This document shows positions 38,501-50,400 of a stretch of 64,000 nucleotides of DNA, piece after piece. Each line of letters opens with the position of its first letter. The first letter of the stretch is position 1. The translations under genes were made by a program, and so were the position numbers. The notes under the pieces were generated by a model. That model was not told the origin of the DNA. It made no database searches and worked only from the letters and a program-made list of their open reading frames with translations. The stretch covers positions 248,001-312,000 of the forward strand of contig NIVC01000340.1 in NCBI GenBank assembly GCA_002269645.1, read 5' to 3'. This stretch comes from Macrostomum lignano. Lineage: Eukaryota.

Positions 38501-38838
38501 TAAGCCTTGGCACCTTAGTTACCGCGCATATCAAAGGCTTCCTGACCTAGAATTTGAATACAAATTTTCTAATTAGTTATATTGCATATGTATATGATTG
38601 TTTTTGCCACTTTCAGCGTCATCAATTCTCAGGCGGTCGCCATCCTGTCCCGGAGAATCCCACTGTCGATCCGAACGATCCGCACAAATTTGACGAGCCG
38701 GCCGTGGATCGGGCTCGCGCAGCCAAAGATGAAGAGCTAGAAAAGTACAAACGCATTAGCGATAGAAAAATGCGCGACTTAATGCAACAGGCGGTCAATG
38801 AAGGAATCAATGTCAGCTTTGCTCGACAGCTGGAGTAG
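32573..38838 (+). CDS. DYNC2LI1: Cytoplasmic dynein-2 light intermediate chain 1, six exons (32573-32621, 35433-35857, 36963-37214, 37862-37977, 38067-38118, 38617-38838)
   Basis: Exon 1 MTLWDIALENAK (absent from the ORF track); P-loop FLGSKSAGKTT, KPTVALEYTFGR, VAHVWELGGG, PFPLPLTIVGGKFD, PAGRDSFAKIG, PLDLWK. All junction phases are consistent. Confidence 0.92.
32640..33068. mobile_element. hAT-like MITE in DYNC2LI1 intron 1
   Basis: Left CAGTTTTTGCAAACTTTTTG..GGCCAGAT, right ..GGAGTTTGCCGAGCCCTG, GA-rich interior; no clean TSD. Confidence 0.55.
33406..35000. mobile_element. Asymmetric foldback MITE with tandem-repeat TIRs and a telomere-like core
   Basis: 8-bp TSD AGTCACAT at 33398-33405 and 35001-35008; left arm AAGCTCGAA..CACATCGTCGAAAA repeats; right arm a long inverted array (33790-35000); degenerate (CCCTAA)n at 33627-33790. 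Confidence 0.88.
35915..36895 (+). repeat. 31-bp minisatellite in DYNC2LI1 intron 2 (CACCGTCAAATGAATGATCTGAGGTTGTTTA)
   Basis: ~30 copies. Confidence 0.96.
37290..37631 (-). mobile_element. tRNA-derived SINE family B, copy 1
   Basis: Minus strand: GTAGCCCAGCGG (A box), GGCTCGATTCC (B box), GTCACATTAATTTGGGGCT, CCCCAAGGCGCAGTG, GGGCCGCTGTACGCTCCTGTGTGAGTG; homologous to 49670 and 57797. Confidence 0.75.
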
Positions 38839-39873
38839 CAGACAGCTGATTTTTAAGCACAGAAGTACTAAAAATTCTTCTTTAAACTTATGAACTATCT
38901 TGAATATAAGTGACTACGAATTTAATGTTTAACATGTCCGTTACCGTTTTTCCTCAAGTCAATTGATCTAAAAATAGCTTACTTAACGTCTGATTTGTTT
39001 AATTTCGTGGCAACTGCAGTTTAAATAAAATTATACATTCCATTTGATGAGTTTTTAAGTCCTGTGTACAAGCTAGGTCAGCAGTTTTTGCATTGTTATT
39101 GAAAACAGCTCCTATTGATTTGTACTTTCAACAGATTCGGACTTAGTCAAAGATCCAGTTAAGTAAGTTTAGAAAGTTTATTTTGGCGAAAACGCGATCA
39201 AAATTGGTCAAGAATTGCTCTCTAGAGCTTTATGGACATACAAATATTAGAGATTTAGTATATTTAGATTAATAGGCAGTCACAATTCTAAGCTGTTGCC
39301 GTAGTGCTTGTTTCTTTGATCAAGATCGAGTTGTAAATTTCTAAGGATAATTTGGTTTAAAATTGATTTTTTGAAAAGTTGAAGTGCAGATGATTTTATT
39401 TCTTATCACTTACTGTCGGCCTATTTTATATATTTAGTATTTAGTAGAACGGCTAACTAAATCCGTCCAAATGTGTCCACTTTTCTGCAATTGAAATCTC
39501 TAAATTGTTGTAATTGTAATCACCTATTAAAGTAAAATTAACTCCTATGTGGTTATTTCATTCTTGGATTTTTCGATCTGTTTTTTGTTCCTAATTTTGA
39601 CAAAAGTACAAAATTATTTTTATAAATTTTGAAGATTTTATGAAGACACAACAATAAATAAATAAATTTGCGTACCTTCAACAATCTTACGATAAAATCA
39701 AAAGCATTCGCAAGTTAATTAAATGTTCGCATTTAACCAATTTATTATAAAAAGTATCATCAATTAAATTCTATCGTCTATATCGTTTAAATTCATGAAC
39801 CTAGAAAAGATTTACAAGTGCAAGAATAATAATTTTAGCTTGGCTTGGCGTTTGGAGTCCCGAGTTACTGTTT

Positions 39874-40135
39874 GGGCCTTTTCATATTACCAATTCCAGA
39901 ACCAGAATCGGTTTGGAATTCCAAGAAAAACAGCAGTATAACTATTAAACTCTGTTAATATTTGACTGCCTTAACAACCTCACTTAGCACAATTTTTTTC
40001 AAATTCTTTTTGGCGATTGTCATTCAATAATAAAAACTTTATAGCACGTATCTCCCTCTAGTTATGGAGACAAAAAGTTATACTTCACAAATTGGTTCTG
40101 GTTCTGGAACCAGAACAAGCAATATGAAAAGGCCC
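39874..40135. mobile_element. 262-bp MITE, PIF/Harbinger-like
   Basis: 15-bp perfect TIR GGGCCTTTTCATATT, subterminal CCAGAACCAGAA, flanked by TTT on both sides. Confidence 0.75.
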
Positions 40136-40667
40136 TTTTTTGCAAGATTTTAAAAAAAATTAAAACAAAAGCAAATAAGCATTTTACACTTTTGTCAGTG
40201 AATGCGATATTTGTTAAATTTACTTAATAAAAATTGCTTTTTAACTTACTTTTTAGAATAATTTTATTTATTTGTAAAAAAAACACGACTTTTTAATTTA
40301 TTCTGCATCATCCTGTCTTAAAATGCGAATCAACGAACACAGTGAGAACTTCAAGCTAAAGTCTTCGTTTAAGCTTAAAGGCTAACAAAAACTAAGCTGA
40401 TAATAAAAAGTTGTTTCTGAATTGTAGTTTTCTAGGAACATTTTCCTATGGCATTAGTACATTGTGATTCTGTTTACCAAGTAACATATTAGGCTTAGGC
40501 CTAAGTTATTCTCAAGGTCAAGGATAAAAATATAACCCTAAATCAATAGAGGCATTTCTTTAGCATTAAATTTCAACTAGACACTAGTTTCCCACGAAGT
40601 AAAAATTTCACTAACACTATCTTCATCGGACTCTACACTTACAGTCCTATACAAACCTGCAGGCACA

Positions 40668-41433
40668 ATGAGCGATGCAGGGAATCGCGACCAATACAAA
40701 GGCTGGCTATATAAATGGACCAACTACATTCGTGGCTACCAAAAGCGGTGGTTTGTTCTTCAGAATGGACTGCTATCTTACTATAGGTAAGTTAGGCCTG
40801 TGCATATAAGCCCCTATGTTTTAGTTAGGTCCATAACTAATTGTTGTATTATAGTAATTTCAATTTTTTCTTTTTAGGCCCGACTATAATATTTCATATT
40901 TGTAATAGTTATATTTGTTGGAATTAGATTGCTAAAAATGAAATAAATCAATTTTATTTTTTATGTCCAATAGCATTTTTATTGGCTTAGTCAGTTAGTA
41001 GGCCTAGCAATAATAATAATAAATATTTTTCTAATTTATTATTTTATTTATTAAGTTTTTTTATAATCCCACCCTATTTCCTTACCTTATTGCTAAAATG
41101 GAATATAGGCCTATTTTCTATTGCAATTGACCAAGACCAAAGTATAGTCAATATTTTAGCTAAGAGTATAAGATTTGTTAGATAGAAATTAAGGACTGTG
41201 GTAAAGTTGCGCATCTGAGAAAAAATAGAATTAAGAAGGTGAGCGCTATCATTTTTTATGTGACATGTTTTGCCTCGCGTCAGGCATCGTCAGGCTCTTA
41301 AAATTAGTAAAGATTTATTTGTTCATTAATGTTTAACAATTAAGACTAGGAATAGGTTGATAAAAGTCAGAAATGTATATAAATTAACAGTAGGTTGTAT
41401 AGTCCAACTAAGCGCTCACAGAGTTGCCGTGAG

Positions 41434-41476
<43 letters not shown>

Positions 41477-44400
41477 AGATGAGCACAAGTGTACACCTAG
41501 AATATTCTAAGGAAGGCACTAGCACTGTGATTGGCAAGTTGCTTATTTAGGATTGGTTTACGCAATTTTATATACAGGGCTTCAAGCACTTTTAGTCTGT
41601 ACTCATTTGAGTATATATGGATGGTAGAAAAGTTTTTAATCTATTTGGCTATCACAGCATTCTTTGCATATCATCAGGTGATCATGCACAGCCAAAATCT
41701 TTTGCCTATGTTCTCTACTTCTCACGTATAGGTGTTGAGAAGTTTCACCTATGTAGGTGATACTCTGGTTGCCAGAGCATTGAAATTGGTAAATGACACC
41801 TGCCCGTAAGGAGCTGGGAATGTGGTATTTCAAATTCTTAACAAAATGACCAATTTTCTCGCAACAGAAAGTGACCATGAGCTTCACATTTAAATACTTA
41901 TTAAATGCTCTTATGGGGTTCTATCATTAGGTGGTTATGTATGGCCGACATCTTTTGCCTATGTTTTCTACTTCTCACGTATAGGTGTCAGGTAGTTTCA
42001 CCTATGTAGGTGATACTCTGGTCGCCAGAGCATTGAAATTGAAGCCCTGTATATAAAATTGTGTAAACCAATTCTAAATAAGCAACTTGCCAATCATGGT
42101 GCCAGTGCCCTCCTTAGAGTATTCTAGGTGTACACTTGTGCTTATCTCACTCTCTTTCTCTCTCTCTCTCTCTCTTCCTTTCTCCCCTCATTGCAACTCT
42201 GTGAGTGCTCCGTTGGACTGTACAACCTACTGTTAATTTATATACATTTCTGACTTTTATTGACCAATTCTTAGTCTTAATTGTTAAATTTATTGAACAA
42301 ATAAATCATTACTAATTTTAAGAGCCTGACGATGCCTGACGTGAGGCGAAACATGCCACATAAAAAATGATAGCGCTCACCTTCTTAATTCTAAATTAAG
42401 GACTAATTAAGCATTACTACAGGTTCTACTTTATGAACTTAAGGTTATATGATAGTCTTTTATTATCCTTTTGTTTGTTGTCTCCTATTTTCCTACTCCT
42501 AAATCTTATCTATATATTGAAAAATGCTGGCCTACAATGGACCTTAGTTTAAGAATATGCTTGGCATATAATAGGAGGCCTATCTAGTATACAAAAAGCT
42601 ATGCCATTGTGACAAAGGGGTTATAAACCTGTATGTACTTTTCTTTTGTTAATGTTGATGAGCTGTATACTGGTTTATTAGGATTTATATATAGTAAAGA
42701 AGCAATAGTGACATGCTTCAGCATAACCTAGAGATTCACCTGATTGTTTTTATTGGCAACATACATGTAAGTCACTATTGGACAGATAAGTAGTCACGTG
42801 ATTGCTCTTAGCCAATACTAATAGCAACTTACATGTGTGTATTGCCAATAGAAATGGACAAATAATTCCCAAGGTTACACATGTATGAATAGTGAACAAG
42901 GCAATTTACAAGAAGCTATTGAAATACTGTCAAAAAAGCTGCAAACTATTCAATATATTTATCTATTAAGTATTAGAGCTAGCATAAAACCAAGAGTGAC
43001 AAGCAACAAACTTGTAAAGAAATGAATGCCAAGAAGCCTCTTTTGAATTCTCAGCCGAAAGTACAAAATCAGAGTGGCGAACTCTTACAAACAATGATTG
43101 ATGATTATATTTATTTAATAATATTGGTCATTAAATCAAATTAAGCTACATTATAAAACTATATATGCAAAAAACAAATACATACAGTAGAAAATACAAT
43201 AAAAAAGAAATACTATATACAGTATAGCAGACATAAAGTAAACACAAAATTGTTTACTTTTAAATTAGATACACAGATTGTTATAAACTATACAAATAGA
43301 GTACAGAGAAATTCTATCTATTTTTATACTCTATAGTCATTTAAAATTGGAATATTAAGATTTAAACAAAAAAGTATTTAAAGTAAATCTGCTTATCATG
43401 TCAAACAATAGGTGTAGATTTTAACAGGCATGATTGCTCTCACTGAAATTATCCCACCATTGCAACCAGCTATTGTAGGGCTACTTTTCTAATTCCTATT
43501 ATTGAATATCCTAAAGCTGCCACCAAAGTTGTTGAAGGGCTAAACTTCTATCTTTATAATGTCTTAATGTTGGTAGCTGCCACCAAGACTATTCTATTAA
43601 TAAATTTTAAGTTTATTAATCTTTGAATAAGTCTGAAAAATGTTTCTTGGAATTAGTCAGAGGAGTATAAGGATATATCTGAGTAGTTGTCTGAGTATAT
43701 ATTTGAGAATTTGTCTGAGTATATTGTTCTTAGAACTATTTAGCCCTTACAAGTATCATTCTTCTGTTATTCCGGTAGCATTTATTATTATTCTGGTAGC
43801 GTTTACTGTTATTCTAGCCTGAGTACTATATTGGCTTACTGGTATATGTATTGCATGTACTTTCCAAGTCCTGGGCGTTACCAAGATCAGAGGGTCACAG
43901 CCTCCAGTTATTCTTTCATGTATCAATTAAGGATCTACTTCGTAGTCTCTTACTACTTCCACTTCTCAATAGTATATACTGTATGTGTTCTCTGCCACTT
44001 CACTTCTCTTCTACAAATGAATAACTTGGAAAACAATCTTCAATAACGTTCACTTGGAACTCTTACTATTCGCTTAATTGCTCTCTTTCTTAAGAACTGC
44101 TCAGAAGCTAGTTGCTCTCTCCTTGGCCCAGATCGCATCTATTTATACTAAAATTTTGAGTAGTTTTAAACAAAAAATTAATTCGTAAAATATTATGGAA
44201 AAATCATACAGTATAACAAATTGTTTACTTAATTTTAGGCACAAATTTAAAAGCATTGATGATCATAATAATATAGATCGCCCTGCACAAGATATACAAT
44301 TAGATAGAATAATTAAGTGCCAATAGTTACTTTGCAAAAATATTATATAAACTCAAACTGTCATACATGGTAAATTTATGTGCCATTGTGCCAGTGCATG

Positions 44401-47400
44401 GCATAGCCATTGTGGCATATTAATATTTACTTTTTTTTAATTATTTTTTTAAATGTTTACAACTAAATAATAAACAATAAGCAACAATTATTGTATATCT
44501 ATTTTGAAAAAATGATTTAAAAAATGTTTTTATAACTAAATATAAAACAAGAAACAATATACATTATGCATTTATTTAAAGATTTTTCTATTTGAAAAAA
44601 GCTTTTTCAAGACTACAAAAAGGAACCTAAAATTGAATTAAAATTTGGTACAGTGTTGTAATTTCATTTTGGCATATATATTATCTGCAATATTTTTTAT
44701 ATTCTAAACTTAAATTTAAGGCCAGGGGTCTTTTTTCTAGTAAATTGTGTAACAAATTTGAGAGTATGACCAATTTTTATTGCTTTTTGCTAAACCTATC
44801 TTGTTAGTTACACTGTAAGCAAAATAATGTATCTTTTTTGTGTATAGATTACTTAGGCTCCACTTATAAGCTTAGGTTGATAGGCCCTATCTTGCTTAAA
44901 ATTTTGGCTAGTAGGTTTCTTGCTGGCAAACTTTATGGACCCATTTTTGCTATAACTTGTGTACTAAGCCCTCCAAAGGAGGAATTCAAATTCAAAATTC
45001 AAATAGAGTGCCTTTTGAAATTATATAAAAATGTTTTTTTGAATAGTCAATCAAAGAAGTGATGCACAATTGTTCAAGCTCATTAAAAAATCAGCCAGAC
45101 AGATAAACAGCACAAAATTTGTGTATATAGATATGCTATGCTATCTCTTAGTTGGGAATATTTGCTTAGCTTCTATTGGTAGCATAGCAAAGAGGAGTAT
45201 AAGGATATACCCCCCCATATTTTAATGGATAATAAGAAATGAAAATAAGAAAACTTTTGTTTGAAAAAAGGCCAAGCAGTATCTATTTTAGCAAGGTGGC
45301 TAAAAGTGATTTATTTAAAAGTGGTAAATGAAAATGAAAATGTTTAAAATGATCTTTCCACAAATCTAGACATTGAACCATTCCTTGAAATAATATAATA
45401 AGATAAATCAGATGACAATACTTTTTGGTTTTAATAAGTTAGTATTCTTCTGACTATTGATAGCACATATAAGCCTGCTTGTTGAATATTTATATATAGC
45501 AAAAAATCACAAAACTGTTTCTGATTTTGACTCTTTCCTTATATGTAGTGATCCTCACATTTTCAAAATCCTATTATGCCATTAGGTTCTATACCTACCT
45601 AGTGGCATTTACATGTTAAAATGGCAGAATATGATAAACAAATTGCATTGTTGCTATAGAAATTTTAAAGAAAATTAGTTTTTTTCAGATACTTCCTATT
45701 GCAATCATATTTCTAATGTCGCTTAGTTTATGTATCTAAGCTACTGATGAAATTGTTTATTGTGAGCAAATTCACAACCCCCGCCCCCAAAGGAACCACG
45801 CCGAGATGGCCCACACCTGCCGCGGCACAATCAACCTGGCTAACGCCCAGATACTGCCATACGATTCTTGCACTTTTATAATCAAGAACAGCGGCACGCA
45901 GACGTTTCATTTGAAAGCGCCAACTGAAGTGGATCGACAGAAGTGGGTAACTGCTTTAGAGTTGGCTAGATCCAAAGCTCTGTCTGCTATGGCAGCTGGT
46001 AAGTAATTGTAGAATTATTATTTATGACATAGTTATTATATCCGCGACGGTCGAGTCTAACCTAGATTGAGCATTGAGCTATTTCTAATAAAAAATTCTA
46101 CGCTTGATTGACAGACACCGGCTCTGAAGATGGCGAGATCAACATGGGCACAGACTCCAAGGAGGTTGAACAACTAATTGCTCAGATTGATCAGAAGCTC
46201 ACTGATTTGCGCAACTTCAGTCAGACGCTAAATCACAACGGCGAAACTCTGTCTCGCCTATTGTCCGAGTTTGAGAATCGGCGCCAACCCGTCGGAGAGG
46301 GTCCGGGCGAGGACACTCTTGTCAAAGCGCTGAAAGAGCGGACCGCTATGCAAAAAATTATGCTTAACGCTATGCTCAATGTGAGTGCTCAATTATAACC
46401 TTCTGTACTGCTATTTTCCAACTCTCTGAAAATCATTCTACAATTTGTATTGAGAAATTTCCTTAGTCAATCCGCCTTGACAGATTCTTCTCTTAATCAA
46501 TCCGCCCTGAGATTCGTCTCTTAATCAAATCCGCCCTGAGACGTGTCCGCAATCCGCCCTGAGTTTCGTTTACAATCCGCCCGGAGACTCGTTCACAATT
46601 CGCCATAAGACGTCCACGATCCGCCCTGAGATTCGTCCACAATCCGCCCTGAGACTCGTCCACAATCCGCCCTGAGATTCGTTAACGATTCGCCCTGAGA
46701 TTCGTCCACAATCCGCCCTGAGATTCGTCAACAATCCGCCCTAAGATTCGTCCTCAATCCGCCCTGAGATTCGTCCACAATCCGCCCTAAGATTCGTTCA
46801 CAATCCGCCCTGAGATTCGTCCACAATCCGCCCTGAGACTTGTCCACAATCCGCCCTGAGATTCGTCCACAATCCGCCCCGAGATTCGTCCACAATCCGC
46901 CCTGAGACTCATTCAAATCCAGCAAGCATGCTGTTCAAGTCTACCACCTAGCCGTTAAAGCTCAGTCTACAGTCCGGGCTTTCGCCTAGCACTATAATTT
47001 CTGTAATCCCTCATCACGACCCTCAATTCGATTCAGTCATGCAAAGACGTCGGCGATTTCCTGGCCAACGAAGGCAAACGCTGGAAACGCCTGCTAGAAT
47101 ACGAGAGAGGCCAACGCCAGCAGCTGCAGGACATGGTTGAGCAGCTTGCTAAGCAGCACAGCTCGCTAGAGAAGAAAATCATATCGCAGGAGGGTCTCAG
47201 CTGCAGCCATCCGGGCTTCCCGTCCGGATCCGGCACTCAGCAGAGAGGAACGCTTAAGCGAGGTGAGTCCAATTTTAATGGCATATTTCACCACGAGAAG
47301 TTACGGACAATCGATCTCATCTTAGCAATGCGAATTTTATTATGATAAAAAATATTTTATCTCACCATGAGAATCGCCTATCTTACCCTGAAAATCGCTA

Positions 47401-50400
47401 ATCTCAACCCAGGGAATTACCCATCTCACCCTGAGAATCGCCCATTTCACCCCTGAGAATCACCCATCTCATCCTGAGAATCGCCCACCTCACCCTGAGA
47501 ATCGCCAATCTCACCCTGAGAATCGCCCATCTCACCCTGAGAATCGCCAACCTCACCCTGACAATCGACCATCTCACCCTGAGAATTGTCCATCTCACCC
47601 CTGAGAATCACCTATCTCACCCCTGATAATCATCATCTCACCCCTGAGAATCACCTATCTCCCCCTGATAGTCACCATCTCACCCTAAGAATCGCCCATT
47701 TCGACACCACCGCAGGCGGCGCAGCCAGCGACGACAGCGACGAAGAATTCCACGACGCCGAAGAGAATTTGGGCCTGGAGGAGAACCAGCAGGTTATCAA
47801 GATCAGCCTGCCGAATACGACACCGTCTGCCGCCTCAGCTGGCGGACTGTCGACCTCGCCGACTGATCAGGGCGTCGCCGCACCCGGCGGTTCATCTTCC
47901 AACGCGTCACCTGGCGGCGGTGGAGTATCCGACATCAACGCTGCCAACAAAGAGGCCTTCGCTGATGATTACGAATCGGACGTGTCCTACGAGGAGGACG
48001 AAGAGGAGGTCAAGGCCAGGCGTCGGGACAGTCGGCAGCTGAAGGTTTGTTGCACCCGTTGAAGCTGGTCTGCACAGAAATCGCTCATTACTGACTTGAC
48101 AATTGTTCTGCATGTGTCTAGTTGGGTTCGATCTTGTGTAATAAAAAAAACCCCTTGCTTCTCAGAATTTCTCTTCTCCCTCCCAGAGTGGCCATTCTTC
48201 CTCCCAGAATCCCCATTCTCCCTCCAAGAATCGCCCTCCTCCCTCCCAGAATCGCCCTCTTCCCTCCCAGAATCGCCCTCTTCCCTCCCAGAATCGCCCT
48301 TCTGCCTCATAGAATCTCTCTTCTCCCTCCCGAGAATCGCCCTTCTCCCTCCCAGAGTCGCCCTTCGCCCTCCCAGAGTCGCCCTTCTCCCTCCCAGAGT
48401 CGCCCTTCTCCCTCCCAGAGTCGCCCTTCTCCCTCCCAGAATCGCCCTTCTCCCTCCCAGAGTCGCCCTTCTCCCTCCCAGAATCGCCTTTCTCCCTCCC
48501 GAGAATCACCCTTCTCCCTCCCAGAATCGCCCTTCTCCCTCCCAGAATCGCCCTTCTCCCTCCCAGAGTCGCCCTTCTCCCTCCCAGAATCGCCTTTCTC
48601 CCTCCCGAGAATCACCCTTCTCCCTCCCAGAATCGCCCTTCTCCCTTCCAGAATCGCCCTTATTCCAAAAGTCGCCCTAAATAACGCCCAAATTATTTTT
48701 AAACTTGAAAGCATAAATAAGGAATGTCGCTGTTTTTGCCTATTTTTGAAGCAAAATTTGTACATATACGAGCCTGACAATGTGAAAAATCTATGGCCAA
48801 ATCATAATAATTATGATTTTTTAATCAGCTTCAGTTTGCATGTTGAGTTACGAGTTATATCAAAGCTGTCAGCACTTCAATAGAGACTAATCGCAATGTT
48901 ATTAATGTTAATATTAACAATATTATTCCACAATTCCTTACCAAATGCGCAGGTGATTCTAAACAAGCGATCACAGCCGAGCATGCGAAAGCAGAAACAG
49001 CAACAGCAGGAGCAGCAACAGCAGAGACTATCCGGCATCAGTCAGGATAGCACTAAGTCAGCCGTAGCCACTCGCCCATCCTCTTCAATCCGGGTGCGGC
49101 GCTCTGCGATACCTGAGCGGCCTAATTACAGTTTGAACCTGTGGAGCATCATGAAGAACTGCATCGGCAAAGAGCTGAGCAAGATACCTATGCCGGTGAA
49201 CTTTAGCGAACCCCTGAGCATGCTGCAGCGCATCACTGAGGAACTGGAGTACTCCAACTGTTTAGACAAAGCTGCTCAAGCTGCCGATCAATGGGAGCAG
49301 TTAGCCTACGTTGCTGCCTATACAATTAGCGCTTACTCCACTACTACTGTTCGAAGTGCTAAGCCCTTTAATCCGCTGTTAGGCGAGACTTACGAATTCG
49401 ATCGGACTGAAGATTTAGGCTGGAGATCGCTGGCCGAACAGGTAACTGGGTCGATTTTTTATGCATATTTTCAACTATGATTTATTACTACTTTTTCTGG
49501 ATTGTTTCGTGATGGGTTCGTAAAATCTCGTTTTTTGTGCCTTTAATAAACTACTATCGTAGTATAGTGTCTCTAGCAACTAGTCTTGCAGCCCTAGAAA
49601 CCAGTTTAGTGGCCCTAGCAACTAGTTTAGCGCTCTTAGCAACTAGTCTAGCATCTCTAACAACTAGCCTACGAGCCTTGTACGGCGCTCCTACGTGCCA
49701 GCGGCCCAGGTTCGATTTCAATTGCTGTCACATTAGTTCGGGGCTAAATTGAAATTGAAGGCACAATGCTGCTGTACACTCCTGTGTCAGTGGGTGCCTG
49801 TGCATATAGAAGATTCTGGTTAGGGGTAAAGCGATTTTTAAAATAATAACCATTTCTAATTTATATAAAGCACTTATTAATTAAAAGTACACCACTAGCT
49901 ATAGATATTTACTCAATCATTTTGAAACTAATCTGCAGGTGAGTCATCACCCGCCAGCTGCCGCATTTCACGTTGAAAGCAAAGCGGGCTGGACAACCTG
50001 GCAAGAGTTCACAATGTCCAGCAAATTTCGCGGCAAATACCTGTCAATCATACCGCAGGGCGTTGCCCATCTATTATTTAAACAATCGGGCAATCATTAC
50101 ACCTGGCGTAAGGTGACCAGCACAGTGCACAATATTATTGTTGGTAAATTGTGGATTGATAATCACGGCGATATGGATATTGTTAATCATACGACAGGTA
50201 ATATATAAAAAATTATGTGGAATTCTGCTATAAAAATGTGTATGTTTAATACAGGCTACTGTTTTTGTAAAGTTCAATACTCCAATACGCAAATAGGTTG
50301 AAATAATAGCATTAATTAATAAGTAGCCTAGTGGTTAGAGCGTCGGACTCACGACTGGAAGGTCGCGGGTTCGATTCTCGAGACCCACTCGAAACAATTT

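Noticed and set aside
48096-48883. Pro/Ser- and Gly/Glu-rich ORFs
   Set aside because: 21-bp intronic array in OSBP intron 5
50323-50400. tRNA-Val(CAC)-like gene (also at 53306)
   Set aside because: Anticodon and acceptor stems do not pair, and a shared CORE-like body follows; these are SINE heads
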